A DNA stretch of 64,000 nt from Octopus bimaculoides. Lineage: Eukaryota. Below the pieces are notes generated by a model, which did no database searches, had not been told where the DNA came from, and saw nothing but the letters and a program-made list of their open reading frames with translations. The stretch lies in NCBI RefSeq assembly GCF_001194135.2, contig NC_068981.1:13643543-13707542 (forward strand), read 5' to 3'. Made by a program: the position numbers and the translations under genes. How positions within the stretch are numbered: position 1 is the first letter of the stretch; each line of letters begins with the position of its first letter. Below, one piece after another: positions 1 to 11,030 of the stretch.

Positions 1-46
1 AGCCAGAGACTCAGTGTTTGAGAAATCGTAGCAAAATTGCCACAAT

Positions 47-153
47 ATGTACGCTTGTTTTGTGGACTTCGAAAAGACATATGGCCGCGGGACATACTGT
101 ACAAGGTTTTGCAGGAGGCTGAGATACGTGGGCAACTTCTGATTGTTATATGA
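47..153 (+). mobile_element. RTE-like non-LTR retrotransposon reverse transcriptase remnant
   Basis: Translates MYACFVDFEKTY then, after a frameshift, DILYKVLQEAEIRGQLLIVI, matching the FVDxEKAYD motif region of LINE reverse transcriptases. Confidence 0.65.
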
Positions 154-344
154 AAGCCAAAATATTTTGTATTTGGGTAAATGAACTGACATGCAGCCCT
201 TGTGAAAGTGGTATCACGATTAGTGGTTGCAGGATGAGGTGGCTCATATTTTTCAGATGACGTGTGCAACTTAGCTCATCATAGGTGACCTCTACCATGC
301 AATAAAAGGATTCGCTTCTGAGCGCTGCAATTTCTATATTGCTG

Positions 345-1091
345 GGGGTGTGTGTAGTATTTGTGCTTTTTCTTATTGTTGTGGGAATGCAAAATCTTCT
401 CGGTATTGCATTGTGTCAGTTTGTTTAATTAGGGGTGCCTGTTGTAGTCTTGTATTCTGTGTCGTGTGTGTAATGCAAGTTGTGATCTACTGTTGGGTAT
501 CTAGCTTGCTGGTTGCTGTTTATTTTTATTGGATATTTTCTAAATAGAGTGTCTTGTGTTTGCCGATTGTTTTCTTTGCGTTGTATTATTGAATAGATAG
601 AGTCTTGCATAGGATGTGGGCTGGTCCTAGGTGAGCTATGTTTTGGATAGTGTGTAGTGTTGAGGACCAAGGCATAGCTTCTACGTTTTTGCTCATATTT
701 TTTATCATGCTCAATGCTCCAATTAATGCTAGTATTGTTTTCACCTTCATGACACTTTCGAGGTCTTTGTACTTTGACAATTTCTCTACGTCTTTTTGGG
801 GTAATATTTTCGTCAGAAGGGTCTGCTATGTCTATCAAAAAGCAGTTGTTTTATACCATTTGTTAGCAGTTTTAATTTTATAATGGCGACACATTACCCA
901 CTGTAGATATTGACCAACTCAGTCACGTCTTGATTTTTACTTTACAGGTGCTAAAACCTTACACCCAGAGATTAGATGGCCCACTGTTTCAATCCCATCG
1001 TTGCAGTATCGGCACTTTGGTTCTACACCATTTTTCCTCACATTGGCTCGATAGTTCCGGGTCAATAAGCTCTGATCTTGAGTAGCCAAGA
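345..1091 (-). mobile_element. R4/Dong-clade retrotransposon, 5'-truncated 3' fragment (zinc knuckle, restriction-like endonuclease, 3' UTR)
   Basis: Minus strand reads ILATQDQSLLTRNY..CRYC..H..C (CCHC knuckle), then after an internal deletion NCFLIDIADP..KYKDLE..IGAL..LGPAHILCKTLSIQ* (stop 586-588). The 5' junction abuts the ATT tract at 1092. The 3' boundary is approximate. Confidence 0.8.
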
Positions 1092-1109
1092 TATTATTAT
1101 TATTATTAC

Positions 1110-1205
<96 letters not shown>

Positions 1206-1230
1206 TTTATTCATTCATTTATTTATTTTT
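1092..1230. repeat. (ATT)n then (ATTT)n microsatellite between two R4/Dong fragments
   Basis: Direct inspection. Confidence 0.95.
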
Positions 1231-1232
1231 TT

Positions 1233-1665
1233 GATGAAAACTCTCAGCTTATTTTGCTGTGTATGATGGAATGTGTCAGCTTTCCACAGCCAGCACACTA
1301 AGGGGACACTTGCTTACTGATCATGCTACAAGAACCCGCTAAGAACCCTTGCAGTTGTAAGTAATGCTGATCTTTGTTGATGTTCTATCTTTATATTTGT
1401 ATTAATCTTTTTTAGTCCTGTTTGTTGTTATGTACTGATACTTCCAAACGCGCTGTTCGCTCCCTTCTTTGCCCACAACCAGCATATTTCTCATTTCAAA
1501 TTGTCATAATTCTTCAAATTTTCTTCTTTCTCTTTTATTCTGTTGTCATCGAAACAAGATATGTCGATTAATCATGCAAGTTCTTTTTTTTTTCTGTTTT
1601 GATCACCACAACGATGTCAATTCCATTTCTTGCCGAGTGTCTTCCCGACACTGTGTACATTGATA
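1233..1665 (-). mobile_element. R4/Dong-clade 3' fragment, decayed
   Basis: Minus strand gives IDIS..KNYDNLK*EI..LW..SALLTTARVL. The reverse complement of 1233-1330 matches the 3' UTR at 43450-43537. Confidence 0.75.
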
Positions 1666-1830
1666 GACCATTAAAATAAATACACCAGATTTGTTCATTT
1701 ACAAACACTTATAGAGTTAAGTAGAAAAAAAGACCTGCCGAACACGTATACAATCCTGTTTCATATAAGTTTAAAAACTTGAATATCTACAATTTTTTGT
1801 ATTCAAAATCTGTTACTATCAGTGTTGCTG

Positions 1831-1831
1831 A

Positions 1832-1918
<87 letters not shown>

Positions 1919-1965
1919 CATTGTAGTTGTTGTTGTTGTCGTCGTCGTCATTGTTCTTGTTTTTT
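1831..1965. repeat. (ATT)n plus (GTT/GTC)n microsatellite
   Basis: Direct inspection. Confidence 0.95.
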
Positions 1966-2859
1966 GCTGTTTTTAGAGCTAGGAAGATGCACCGTATACG
2001 AATAACTTGTGTTTAAAAAATATTAGATTACGAATTTGACATTTTTTTTCTTCTCTGTGTATCGTATGGCATAGGTTCAAAGAGATGTGGGATTCTGTTC
2101 AAAAATTGTTTTCCCCGAGTAAAAATCATTTAAAAATATTTTTGTTTGGTTTGTTTTCTTTTGTACATAATTCAAAATGGCTTCTCGCATCGGAATGCCA
2201 CGAAGCTGTTGTCATTAATGGTGGTAATACTAATATATAGAGCAAAACACCCACAGCTGAAAAGCAAAAATTGTGAAAAAACATATTATCATGTTAAAGA
2301 AGAAAAGGAAACACTAAAAAAAAGGTAAAAAAGGAAGAAAACAAGCAGCATCTAACAAACAGATATACACAGAGAAAAGTATTGACTTTATGACGCAAAA
2401 TGGTAACAAAATTGATTTAAACATTCTCATCGAAAAGACAAACAAGAAAACAATTCTCACATACAAATCTTGCCGAGCGTAAATGATAGTGACATTAGAT
2501 GCAGTTTTGCGAATGTTGCTTGCCAAATAACGTCCCTTGATATGGATAAGATACAGTTGAAAAAATTAAAATGACAGCGATGAATCATTAGCTGAAGAAT
2601 TTGTCCAAGAACGAGTAAAGAAGAGTAAATTTATACATTTCTATCTTACGATGAGTAAAAGGTTTTTCAATCTACCCTCAATACATCGACAGAAAGAACT
2701 GCTGTCCTATGTGTAGAGCAATGTGGTACTCATCGTCCGGTGCATTTCATACGAAAATATAAGTTCTAGTATTCTAGCTGAAAGCAAGGATAATATAAAA
2801 TGCACTTTTTCATTGCATAATATCACATTCTTGCGTTGAACCGTTTATTTTGTCCTTTT

Positions 2860-3715
2860 TTTTTCATCTGCTTAATTTGGCACTTACATACCCAACATTC
2901 GGGTTAATTTCTTCCATCTCCTTTCGTAATTTTTTGCCGTCATAAGTTTCTTCTCCAGACATGCTTTTCCTCTAGAGGTTAACCAAAGCATGCCCGGAGA
3001 CGAAGGTGCCTGATGCGATACCTCTTCCACGCGTCTTCTATATAAAAACTCTTTCGCTATAGCTATTACGGTTAGAAAAGAAAATTTCTCTTCTCCTATT
3101 AGAGGAGACGGTGGAACAATCTTAATAATCGATTCGGCTGACAGCTGTACTCCCTCCAACTGTGACAGTACCTGTTCTGCAGAAACCCACAGGTTCGAGA
3201 GACTCGGACACTGTACGAGTACATGCAGAAAGTTTTCGTTGCTCTGCCCGCAACGTGGGCACGTAGGCGAAACCATGACGCCGTGTTTCATGAGTTTGTC
3301 TAAAACGATTTGAGCCAGCGTAATCTACGCGAGCATCACGGATTGCTTGATGTTGCTTAACACCACTAACGTGTGTGACGTACCCAAAAAGTTTTCCAGG
3401 TTTTGGGAAAAGTCAGGCTTTTCTTATCCCTACTGGGGCATAGAGCGTCACCAACCTGAAGGCTTTACCACAACTGAGAGTTACATCTAGGACTACCAGC
3501 CTGCCTTCCGAATCGACAAAGATTGTTGCATTTTCTAGTTTGAGCGCCTTCCCGAGTAGAACTACAACTCCCCTCGCATCTCCCGGTTGACACGGAGAAA
3601 TGAATTTCTCGTAGTCGTTTAGGAGCGGCGCAAAGTCCTGCAGAGACGAACGAGTGAAGAGGAGCAGAAACAATATACACAACGGCCTGTTCCAAAGAGA
3701 GCTATTACAACAGTA
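2860..3715 (-). mobile_element. Tx1/L1-clade LINE with large internal deletion (APE N-terminus joined to C-terminal zinc finger)
   Basis: RGVVVLL..VDSEGRLVVLDV..FRLVTLYAP..LENFLGTS is APE-endonuclease-like. It is joined near 3300 to DKLMKHG..SPTCPRC..HVLVQC (zf-RVT-like), ending ERRWKKLTRMLGM*. No RT sequence lies between. Confidence 0.75.
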
Positions 3716-3845
3716 ATCCCAATTACATCACTAAATACGGCACCGAATTTAATTGAAAATTCACCACTTTCCCCGAGTTAACCGTAGACGGCAATCACAC
3801 GTCAGAAACTACCCAAGAATGAACCATGTTAGAGAAGTAAAACTA

Positions 3846-4059
3846 TTTAGAAATAATACATTTCTAAATCTCTCAGAGAGATTTATGCTGTAGTGATACA
3901 ATGAAGTAGTTGTATGCTGTCAACTTAATGTGACAGTCCCCTCAAGGGAATAATACTACTGTTCGTTAGACTTAGGAAGCGGTGCAGCTTCCTAGGTCTA
4001 ACCAACAGTAGTATTATTCCCTTTTAATTGACTGTCACATTAAGTTGACTGCATACAAC
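3846..4059. repeat. Unclassified palindromic interspersed element, long-hairpin copy
   Basis: Arms 3909-3938/4030-4059 (29/30), 3944-3963/4004-4023 (20/20) and 3966-3980/3987-4001 (14/15). Two small palindromes lie at the left end. Homologous to 8204-8350. Confidence 0.85.
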
Positions 4060-4746
4060 GAAGTCAAACTAATCCCTAGAATCAACAAAATTCAATGTAT
4101 AGAGCAAATATAACGAACGTATGAGAAGATTGTGAGATGAAGAAAGAGTACTGGAAACACTGAAAGGAGAAACTACATCGGAAAAATGCTACTAAGCATT
4201 TTGTCAGGCGTGTGAGATACTCAGTCAGCTCACCGCCTTTCTTGATACATTAATTCGTATCAATTTGGAAAGGAGGAGAGTAATTATAAACCAAAGACCA
4301 TTTAGGAACTTCAAACCATAAAACTCTTTGCAAAATAATAAAGGAAAGATTTATTATCATTAAAATATATATGNNNNNNNNNNNNNNNNNNNNNNNNNNN
4401 NNNNNNNNNNNNNNNNNNNNNNNNNNNNNNNNNNNNNNNNNNNNNNNNNNNNNNNNNNNNNNNNNNNNNNNNNNNNNNNNNNNNNNNNNNNNNNNNNNNN
4501 NNNNNNNNNNNNNNNNNNNNNNNNNNNNNNNNNNNNNNNNNTATATATATATATATATAAATATAAGTTTATTCATGACAGCGATGTGAAAGATGAAGCG
4601 ACAAAATGATAAACGTTCTCGTTATGGCTTTCTTTAACGTGACCAAGATAAGTAGAGTATAAGGAATGTAGAGTACAAAGATATAACGTTTATTTTGAAG
4701 TAACCTAATAAAGTATGTAAAAGTAGACGAAATGTTTGTGAGAACG

Positions 4747-4755
4747 AGAGAACTG

Positions 4756-4795
<40 letters not shown>

Positions 4796-4835
4796 TGGTG
4801 GTGGCGGTGGTAGTAGTAGTAGTAGTAGCAGCAGA
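4747..4835. repeat. (GTA)n/(GGT)n microsatellite
   Basis: Direct inspection. Confidence 0.9.
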
Positions 4836-5042
4836 ATAAACTGATATTTCAGAATATTTTGATATTCAATAGCATTAACATCACTCTCTGTCTCACATAC
4901 AGACACCTACGCGTACACACAAACACACACACACACACACGCTACGCTTTTTGAAGTTTGCCTGTTGATACATCTTACATGACCAACGTTTAGTTAAATC
5001 CAGGCTAACAAAAACGTCGAGTGCAAGGCTGAGATCTCTTTT

Positions 5043-5248
5043 TTATTTGTTACTTGTTTCAGCCATTGGTTTGAAGCCACCCTGGGACACCGTCTTGAAG
5101 GGTTTAGTGAAGCAAATCGACTACAATACTTATTTTACTCACAACCGGGTGTATAGCAGAGGTTACTTATTCATGGTGCTGTGCAGTGGAACAGAACCTG
5201 AAATCACGTGGTTCCAAAGCGCGCTTCTTAACCACACAGCCATTCATG
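5043..5248 (-). mobile_element. SINE family A, internally deleted copy
   Basis: Matches both ends of family A (tacttgtttcagccat... and ...accacacagcc) but lacks the middle. Confidence 0.7.
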
Positions 5249-5493
5249 AAGAAGTTAAATAAAGCTTGGATAACACTCAGAAATTTCACCTCTGCTTGAG
5301 TAACAACTCGTTTTGTTATAGCCATTTGGAAAATAAAAAAAAAACAGAAAATAAAACAAAAGCAAAACAAAAGCAAAACAAAGGCAAAACAAACAAAACA
5401 AAGCAAAAAAAAAAACGTTAGTCATAACACCTTCAGGAATAGACTGACAAACGAAAACCATCATCTCTTGGACAGTATTAGATATATTATAGG

Positions 5494-6215
5494 TACTAGC
5501 TGAATAGCCCGTTGTTGTCGGGCAATTTTTACAACATAATGTCTTATATAATTTTTTGTTTATTCCATGTCAGAACATACCTTTTTCGACAGATAGGCCT
5601 CTTGATCAGGACAGTTTTGTGCAATTTTTCGCATATCTGCGGAATAGGAAAAGTAGAAAAAGTATCAAAAAATAAGTTTCTGAAGTTCTTTCCTTTTGCA
5701 AGAAGGTTATGGAAAAAACTTTTTGTCTCATACACTCATTAGCACTTATTCCATCTCCAAATCAAATTTGAAGCGAATCGAATGTTAAATGCAAAAGTTA
5801 TTGAGCGAATAAAAAGTTGCAATAAAATTGGAAAAAAATCGTTTTTATGCGGCTTTTTGCCCTCTCCTTACAGCCTAAGTAAAATATTTTTCCTTAATAG
5901 TAATCCTCGTAACATTTCCCACTAGTTTCTTAAATTTGAAGTGAATCGGTTGAGAAATGCAAAAGTTATTGCAAAAAAATATTTTCCTTATGGAAATTCC
6001 CATTCAAAACTCCTATTGATTTTTTTCAATTGGCCGCTGATTTGCAATTATCGATTTTTTTTTCAACAATCTGAGTATGGCATGAGGTTTCCAGACATGA
6101 GTTCTACTCACGTGTCAAGTCTCATCAAAATCGATAAAACGATGTCGGAGGAGTTAGCTAACAACTCCGCAAACAAACACAACCACAGACAGAATTCCTC
6201 ACATATTTAGAAGAT
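5494..6215 (+). mobile_element. Probable non-autonomous Helitron/Helentron-like element
   Basis: Begins TACTAGCTGAATAGCCCGTTGTTGTCGGGC and ends ...CAAACAAACACAACCACAGACAGA...TATTTAGAAGAT, resembling DINE/HINE-type ends. No ORF. Class assigned from end motifs only. Confidence 0.5.
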
Positions 6216-6308
6216 TACGGAGCTCAAAATCATCTGCTTCACAGAAAATTCTCATCAACAGCAAACATACTCCAATCTTTACACAATAAGCTCAATCTAC
6301 ATTATTTT

Positions 6309-6550
6309 CATTATTTATATTTCACGAATATTTGTCCTCATCTTGCTTGTTTTTAACACAACGTTTCGACTGATATACCCTCCAGCCTTCATCAGGTGTC
6401 TTGGTGAAATTTCGAACCTAAGTTCTAATTTCTAAGATATTTTTCGATGTTGTTATTATTATTATTATTATTATTCAGGTCACTGCCTGGAATCGAACTC
6501 GGAATCTTGGGGTTTGTAACCCGCGCTTTTAACCACTACGCCATATGCCG
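6309..6550 (-). mobile_element. tRNA-headed SINE with (TAA)n linker and hammerhead-like 3' part, copy 1
   Basis: A box TGGCGTAGTGG (6543-6533) and B box GTTCGATTCC (6498-6489). 3' part reads GACAC-CTGATGA-A-GGCTG..CAGTC-GAAAC-GTT-GTGTT. Homologous to 35493-35704. Confidence 0.8.
6355..6400 (-). ncRNA. Minimal type I hammerhead-ribozyme-like motif
   Basis: CUGAUGA at 6395-6389, 5-bp stem II, GAAAC, palindromic ACGU helix III, GUU triplet and 5-bp stem I. One extra A follows the CUGAUGA core. Activity untested. Confidence 0.6.
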
Positions 6551-6609
6551 ACGCAAATTTAAAACTGTCTTGGGAATACCAAAGTGAGAGACGCAGAATG
6601 AGCGCTCCA

Positions 6610-6851
6610 CTGTGGTTGAGCACTCCAAGGACATGCGTAGTCTTAACGAATTTTTCAGGAGTAATTCAGCATAACATAGAATGTGACAAGGCTGCCCCTT
6701 TTGTATTACTGGTACAACTCATTTTGTTTGTTGAGTGCACTGGAGCAATGTGAAATAAAGTGTGCTACTCAAGGATATAACGCCCGAAATCGAACTCACA
6801 ACTTTACAATCGTGATCCGCATACCCTAGACACTAAGGCACGTGCCTTCAC
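6610..6851 (-). mobile_element. SINE family C (tRNA-like head, CORE-like middle, tail shared with family D)
   Basis: Contains gtggttgagcactcc..., tggagcaatgtgaaataaagtg and aatcgaactc. Homologous to 22975-23215 and 29540-29760. Confidence 0.7.
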
Positions 6852-7039
6852 AGCTGCAAGAGAAAATGTGAAGAAATGGAAAAAAAAAATGTACGATACC
6901 AGGAAGAATGTCCGCCGTTCACATTGCAAGTCTCAGGTCGAATATACGTACAACCATGCATATGCGCGAATATGTGTGTGTGTTTTATCCTTCATGAGGC
7001 AACGCAGTGAAAGTTTTAGCCGAAGAAATTAACATTTGT

Positions 7040-7250
7040 GCATATTTATATTTTACGGAGATGTACTTGCATAGCAAGTGACCTGATCTGAGATTGTGTG
7101 GTGAAACAAAAACAATTGCGGAGTGAAAGGTGTTTATAAGCCATTTAAAAACACACAAAAACTGTTAGATTCACTTCAACATTTAAATTCAATTTGCCAA
7201 AATATTTTCGTCGCTTTGAGACTGCGACCTGTTCGCTGACAAAATTCCGT
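7040..7250. repeat. Structured interspersed-repeat-like segment of unknown class
   Basis: Minus strand has nested stems (tttgtca/tggcaaa and gtcgc/gcgac followed by GAAA) reminiscent of Penelope termini. Only one copy in the window. Confidence 0.3.
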
Positions 7251-7764
7251 TCTGAACAGAATTTAGATTAAATGTTGAAGAGGATCTAACGGTTTTCGCA
7301 TATTTTTACGTCAGTTAACTATTCCGAAACGCTAAGTTATGGGTCCATATAGAGACTATTTCTAGTTGTCAAGCGGCGGCAGAGGACAAACCCAAGCATA
7401 ACGACACGCACGCATATATACATATAATTACTTATCTGAATACTTACTTATATGTATACTTACATATACATATATCTACATATACTTACCTATCTGTGTT
7501 AGACGTGTGTGAATGCATGGTTGTGTGTGCGTGTGTGTGTACGTACGCGCGTTTAATCTCGTCACTAATGCTAAGGCTACGGACAACATGTGAAGGATAT
7601 GCTATGTTCAATTAGGGGTACTTTTTGGTTATCTCACCCCCATTGAAAAACTGGGTTATCTTCCCAACTAGAAAAATTGTTTAACTCAATAAAACAAAAA
7701 AAAAATGATAAATTATTAAACATGAAAATTGAAAAAAATAAGACATCTTATTGAATCTCTTTTA

Positions 7765-8170
7765 CTCTATTCTTTTACTTGCTTCACTCATTTGACTGCA
7801 GCCATGCTGGAGCGCCGCCTTTAGTCGAGCAAATCGACTCCCAGACTTATTGTTTGTAAGCCTAGTACTTATAATATTGGTCTTTTATGCTGAACCGCTA
7901 AGTTACGGAGACATAAACACAAAACGATCGGTTGTCAAGCTATGTTGGGGGTACAAACACAGGCACACACACATATACACACACATACATACACATATGC
8001 ATATACATATATACGATGAGCTTCTTTCAGTTTCCGTCTACTGAAAGAAGGCTTTGGTCGGCCCAAAACTATACCAGAAGACACTTGCCAAAGGTGCCAC
8101 GCAGTGGAACTGAACCCGAAACAATGTGGTTGGTAAGCAGGCTACTTACCACACAGCCACTCCTGCGACT
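7765..8170 (-). mobile_element. SINE family A, near full length, with internal (CA)/(TA) microsatellite
   Basis: Minus-strand head GTGGCTGTGTGG..GGTTCAGTTCC, CORE-like GGCACCTTTGGCAAGTGTCTT, internal microsatellite at 7948-8012 and tail ...AAGCAAGTAAAAGAATA. Confidence 0.85.
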
Positions 8171-8203
8171 ATAATAACATTCTTTATAACAAGTCATACC
8201 ATT

Positions 8204-8350
8204 TTTAGAAATAATACATTTCTAAATCTCTCAGGGAGATTTATGCAGTAAGTGATACGATGAAATAATTGAATGGTGTCAACTTAATGTGACAGTCCCC
8301 TGGAGGGAATAATACTATTCCCTTCAGGGGACTGTCACATAAAGTTGACA
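8204..8350. repeat. Palindromic interspersed element, centre-collapsed copy
   Basis: Same left end (tttagaaataatacatttctaaatctctcag) as 3846. Arms 8277-8311/8315-8350 are retained and the central ~60 nt are missing. Confidence 0.85.
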
Positions 8351-9039
8351 ACAAATCATACCCTGCTTGTTGAGGAGACCAAAAGTGGACAATGTGTTGA
8401 AGTATTGAATCAAAAGAATCTAACCCTTTTAATTAATCTCTTTTCGCCACATAAACTCAGCTTTTTAGTGGGGAGATAAACCAGTTTTTTAACAGCAATT
8501 TTTTAATGGATGCCCAATTATGAAAGTCGCTTTCTATCCAATTCGTCTTTCCTATGAAACAGAAATCATTAACAAAACACTGAACGAAACCTAAATACTT
8601 GACGATCGAGGAGAGCTACAGAGGCTTTTAAAACTGAGCAGCACCAATCTAAAGTAAGCAAATCTATTCGATCTTTTCGTAGTTAAGTGCGTTGTCCAAA
8701 GACTCAACTGTGTTGATGTAACACGAACCAGAGAAATACCTGCGGCTCTATATTACACTATCGATTCAGTCATCTAAATTCTCTCTTTATCTGTTCGTTC
8801 AATCGCTCTCTTCCAGTCGTATAGGCTTAAATAGGGATACGTAGAATCACATATATACACTGAAATGCATATTTTCTGCCGCGCAAGTACACATACTTAA
8901 ATTCATATATATACAACGGCACCACTCAAATGTACGTACAGACACAAACATAGACATTCACATAGAAACACAGGCATATACACATACATATAGAAATAGA
9001 GAGACTGTGAGATAGACAGATAGAGAGGCGGGAAAGCGA

Positions 9040-9280
9040 GAAAGGAGGAGAGAGAGAGAGAGAGAGAGAGAGGAAAAGCGATTAATTTGCAAAATGTCGA
9101 AAGGAAGACACACGGATATTGGAGTCAATAATCAGTATCTTCCATTACACACACACGCGCGCGCGCATACATACACACACAACACACACAGACATGCAAA
9201 CAGATAAATGCATATATAGGCATAAACATAAATACATATATGTATATTTACATATCACTATCTATCTATCTATCTATCTA

Positions 9281-9340
<60 letters not shown>

Positions 9341-9372
9341 TCTAGCCATCTACCTATCTATCTATTTATCTG

Positions 9373-9433
<61 letters not shown>

Positions 9434-9531
9434 ATCTCTCTCTCTCTCTCTCTCCATCTACCTATCTGTCTATCTATTTATCTATCTACCCGGTCTATCT
9501 ATCTATCTACCGACCATATCTACACACACAT

Positions 9532-9609
<78 letters not shown>

Positions 9610-9670
9610 GTACACACACAGACACACACGCACGCACACAAACACATACACGCATATACACCAACGCCAC
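9040..9670. repeat. Compound (GA)n, (TCTA)n, (TCTG)n, (CA)n microsatellites
   Basis: Direct inspection. Confidence 0.95.
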
Positions 9671-9754
9671 GCACATGCATGCTTCAAGAAAGAGCTTACT
9701 CCGGCAATACTTCTTAATTTACTAAAATTACAAATTACTGCCATTTTCTCACAG

Positions 9755-9820
9755 TTGGAACTGATATGTTTGCTGCATCCGGAGATATTGGCAATGCTAA
9801 AAGTATTGGCAAAGATGCAA
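9755..9820 (+). CDS. Candidate internal exon of an unidentified gene (66 nt)
   Basis: Acceptor ccattttctcacag and donor GTGAGT. Two open frames: phase 1 xGTDMFAASGDIGNAKSIGKDA or phase 0 LELICLLHPEILAMLKVLAKMQ. Confidence 0.45.
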
Positions 9821-10084
9821 GTGAGTTGAGTAGGAAAAGTATTGATCCAATAGTCGAGATGCAACCAATTATCCACCGAGTAATATTTAGACATTTTGCA
9901 GCCAGCGCCATCTACATATAAATAAAAGACTGGTAGTGTTCTCGAGGAAAAAAAAAAAAAAAAAAAATTTAGAACTCATTTCTTGATATAAAGTAAAGCA
10001 AAGAAAAAATGTTTCGCTATGACCATGATGTTGGTGATACTGATCTAATGATGCTGGTCCTGATTTTAAGCGCGCGCATAGTGA

Positions 10085-10449
10085 TGTGGAATAGTGTGTG
10101 CAGTGATCATCATCGTCATCGTCGTCGTCGTCGTCATCAGCATCATCGTTGCCGTCGACATCGTCATAATCATCATCATCATCATCATCATTATCATCAT
10201 CGTCATCAGCATTGTCGTCGTCGTCGTCATCGTTGTCGTCGATGTCATCGTTGTCACCATCACTTGCCTCCCCTTCCACCTCCTCCTCCTCCTCCTCCTC
10301 CTCTGCCTCTTCCTCCTCTTCCTCCTCCTTGTCGACGTCATCATCATCGTCGTAGCTGGAGTCGCCGCTGGCGCCGTCGTCTTCGTCTTCGTCGTCGTCA
10401 TCACTGTGGTGGTGGTCGTCGTCGTCGTGATCGGCGTCGTCATCGTCAC

Positions 10450-10486
<37 letters not shown>

Positions 10487-11030
10487 TTCATCATCATCGA
10501 TTTCGCTTTCGTTGTTGTCGTCGACAACATCATGTTCCTACTCACCCTGCTCCTCCTTCTCCTTCTCACCTTCATCTTCATCATCATCGTCATCATTGTC
10601 ATCAACATCATCGTTGCCATCGACATCATCATCATCATCATCATCATCATCGTCTTCACCGTCATCGTCATCGTCATCCGTCCCCATTGTTGTTGTAGTC
10701 CTCGTCACAGCCATCACGAATACCACAAGGCGTCGTCCTTATCACATCTTGCATCGCCAGTGACAACCTCATCATCAGCAAACAGCATCCACACCGTTTC
10801 CTGTCGTCATCTTTCTTGCAATATACACCGATAATATAGCCGTCAGCTCTCCGGCCTACATTATCACCACAATCACCACCACTACCACCACCACCATCAC
10901 CACCACCGCCGCCGCCGCCATCACTTGCAGCATCAGAACCAAAACCCGCCCGCCCCCACCACCACCACTAACACCGCCGCCATCACCTGCAGCATCAGAA
11001 CCACCACAACCACCACCACCATTATCAACA
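10085..11030. repeat. Mosaic trinucleotide low-complexity region (CAT/CGT/CCT/CAC)
   Basis: Direct inspection. Produces homopolymeric pseudo-ORFs in all frames. Confidence 0.9.

Noticed and set aside
7190-7246. Hammerhead-like topology on the minus strand (stem, gtcgc/gcgac stem, GAAA, palindromic AATATT, stem)
   Set aside because: The segment where CUGANGA should be reads GCGAACAG, so it cannot be called a ribozyme without a family consensus.
7609-8520. Possible degenerate inverted repeats (7609-7670 vs 8450-8520) enclosing a SINE and the palindromic element
   Set aside because: Similarity is low and gapped in AT-rich DNA, with no target-site duplication.
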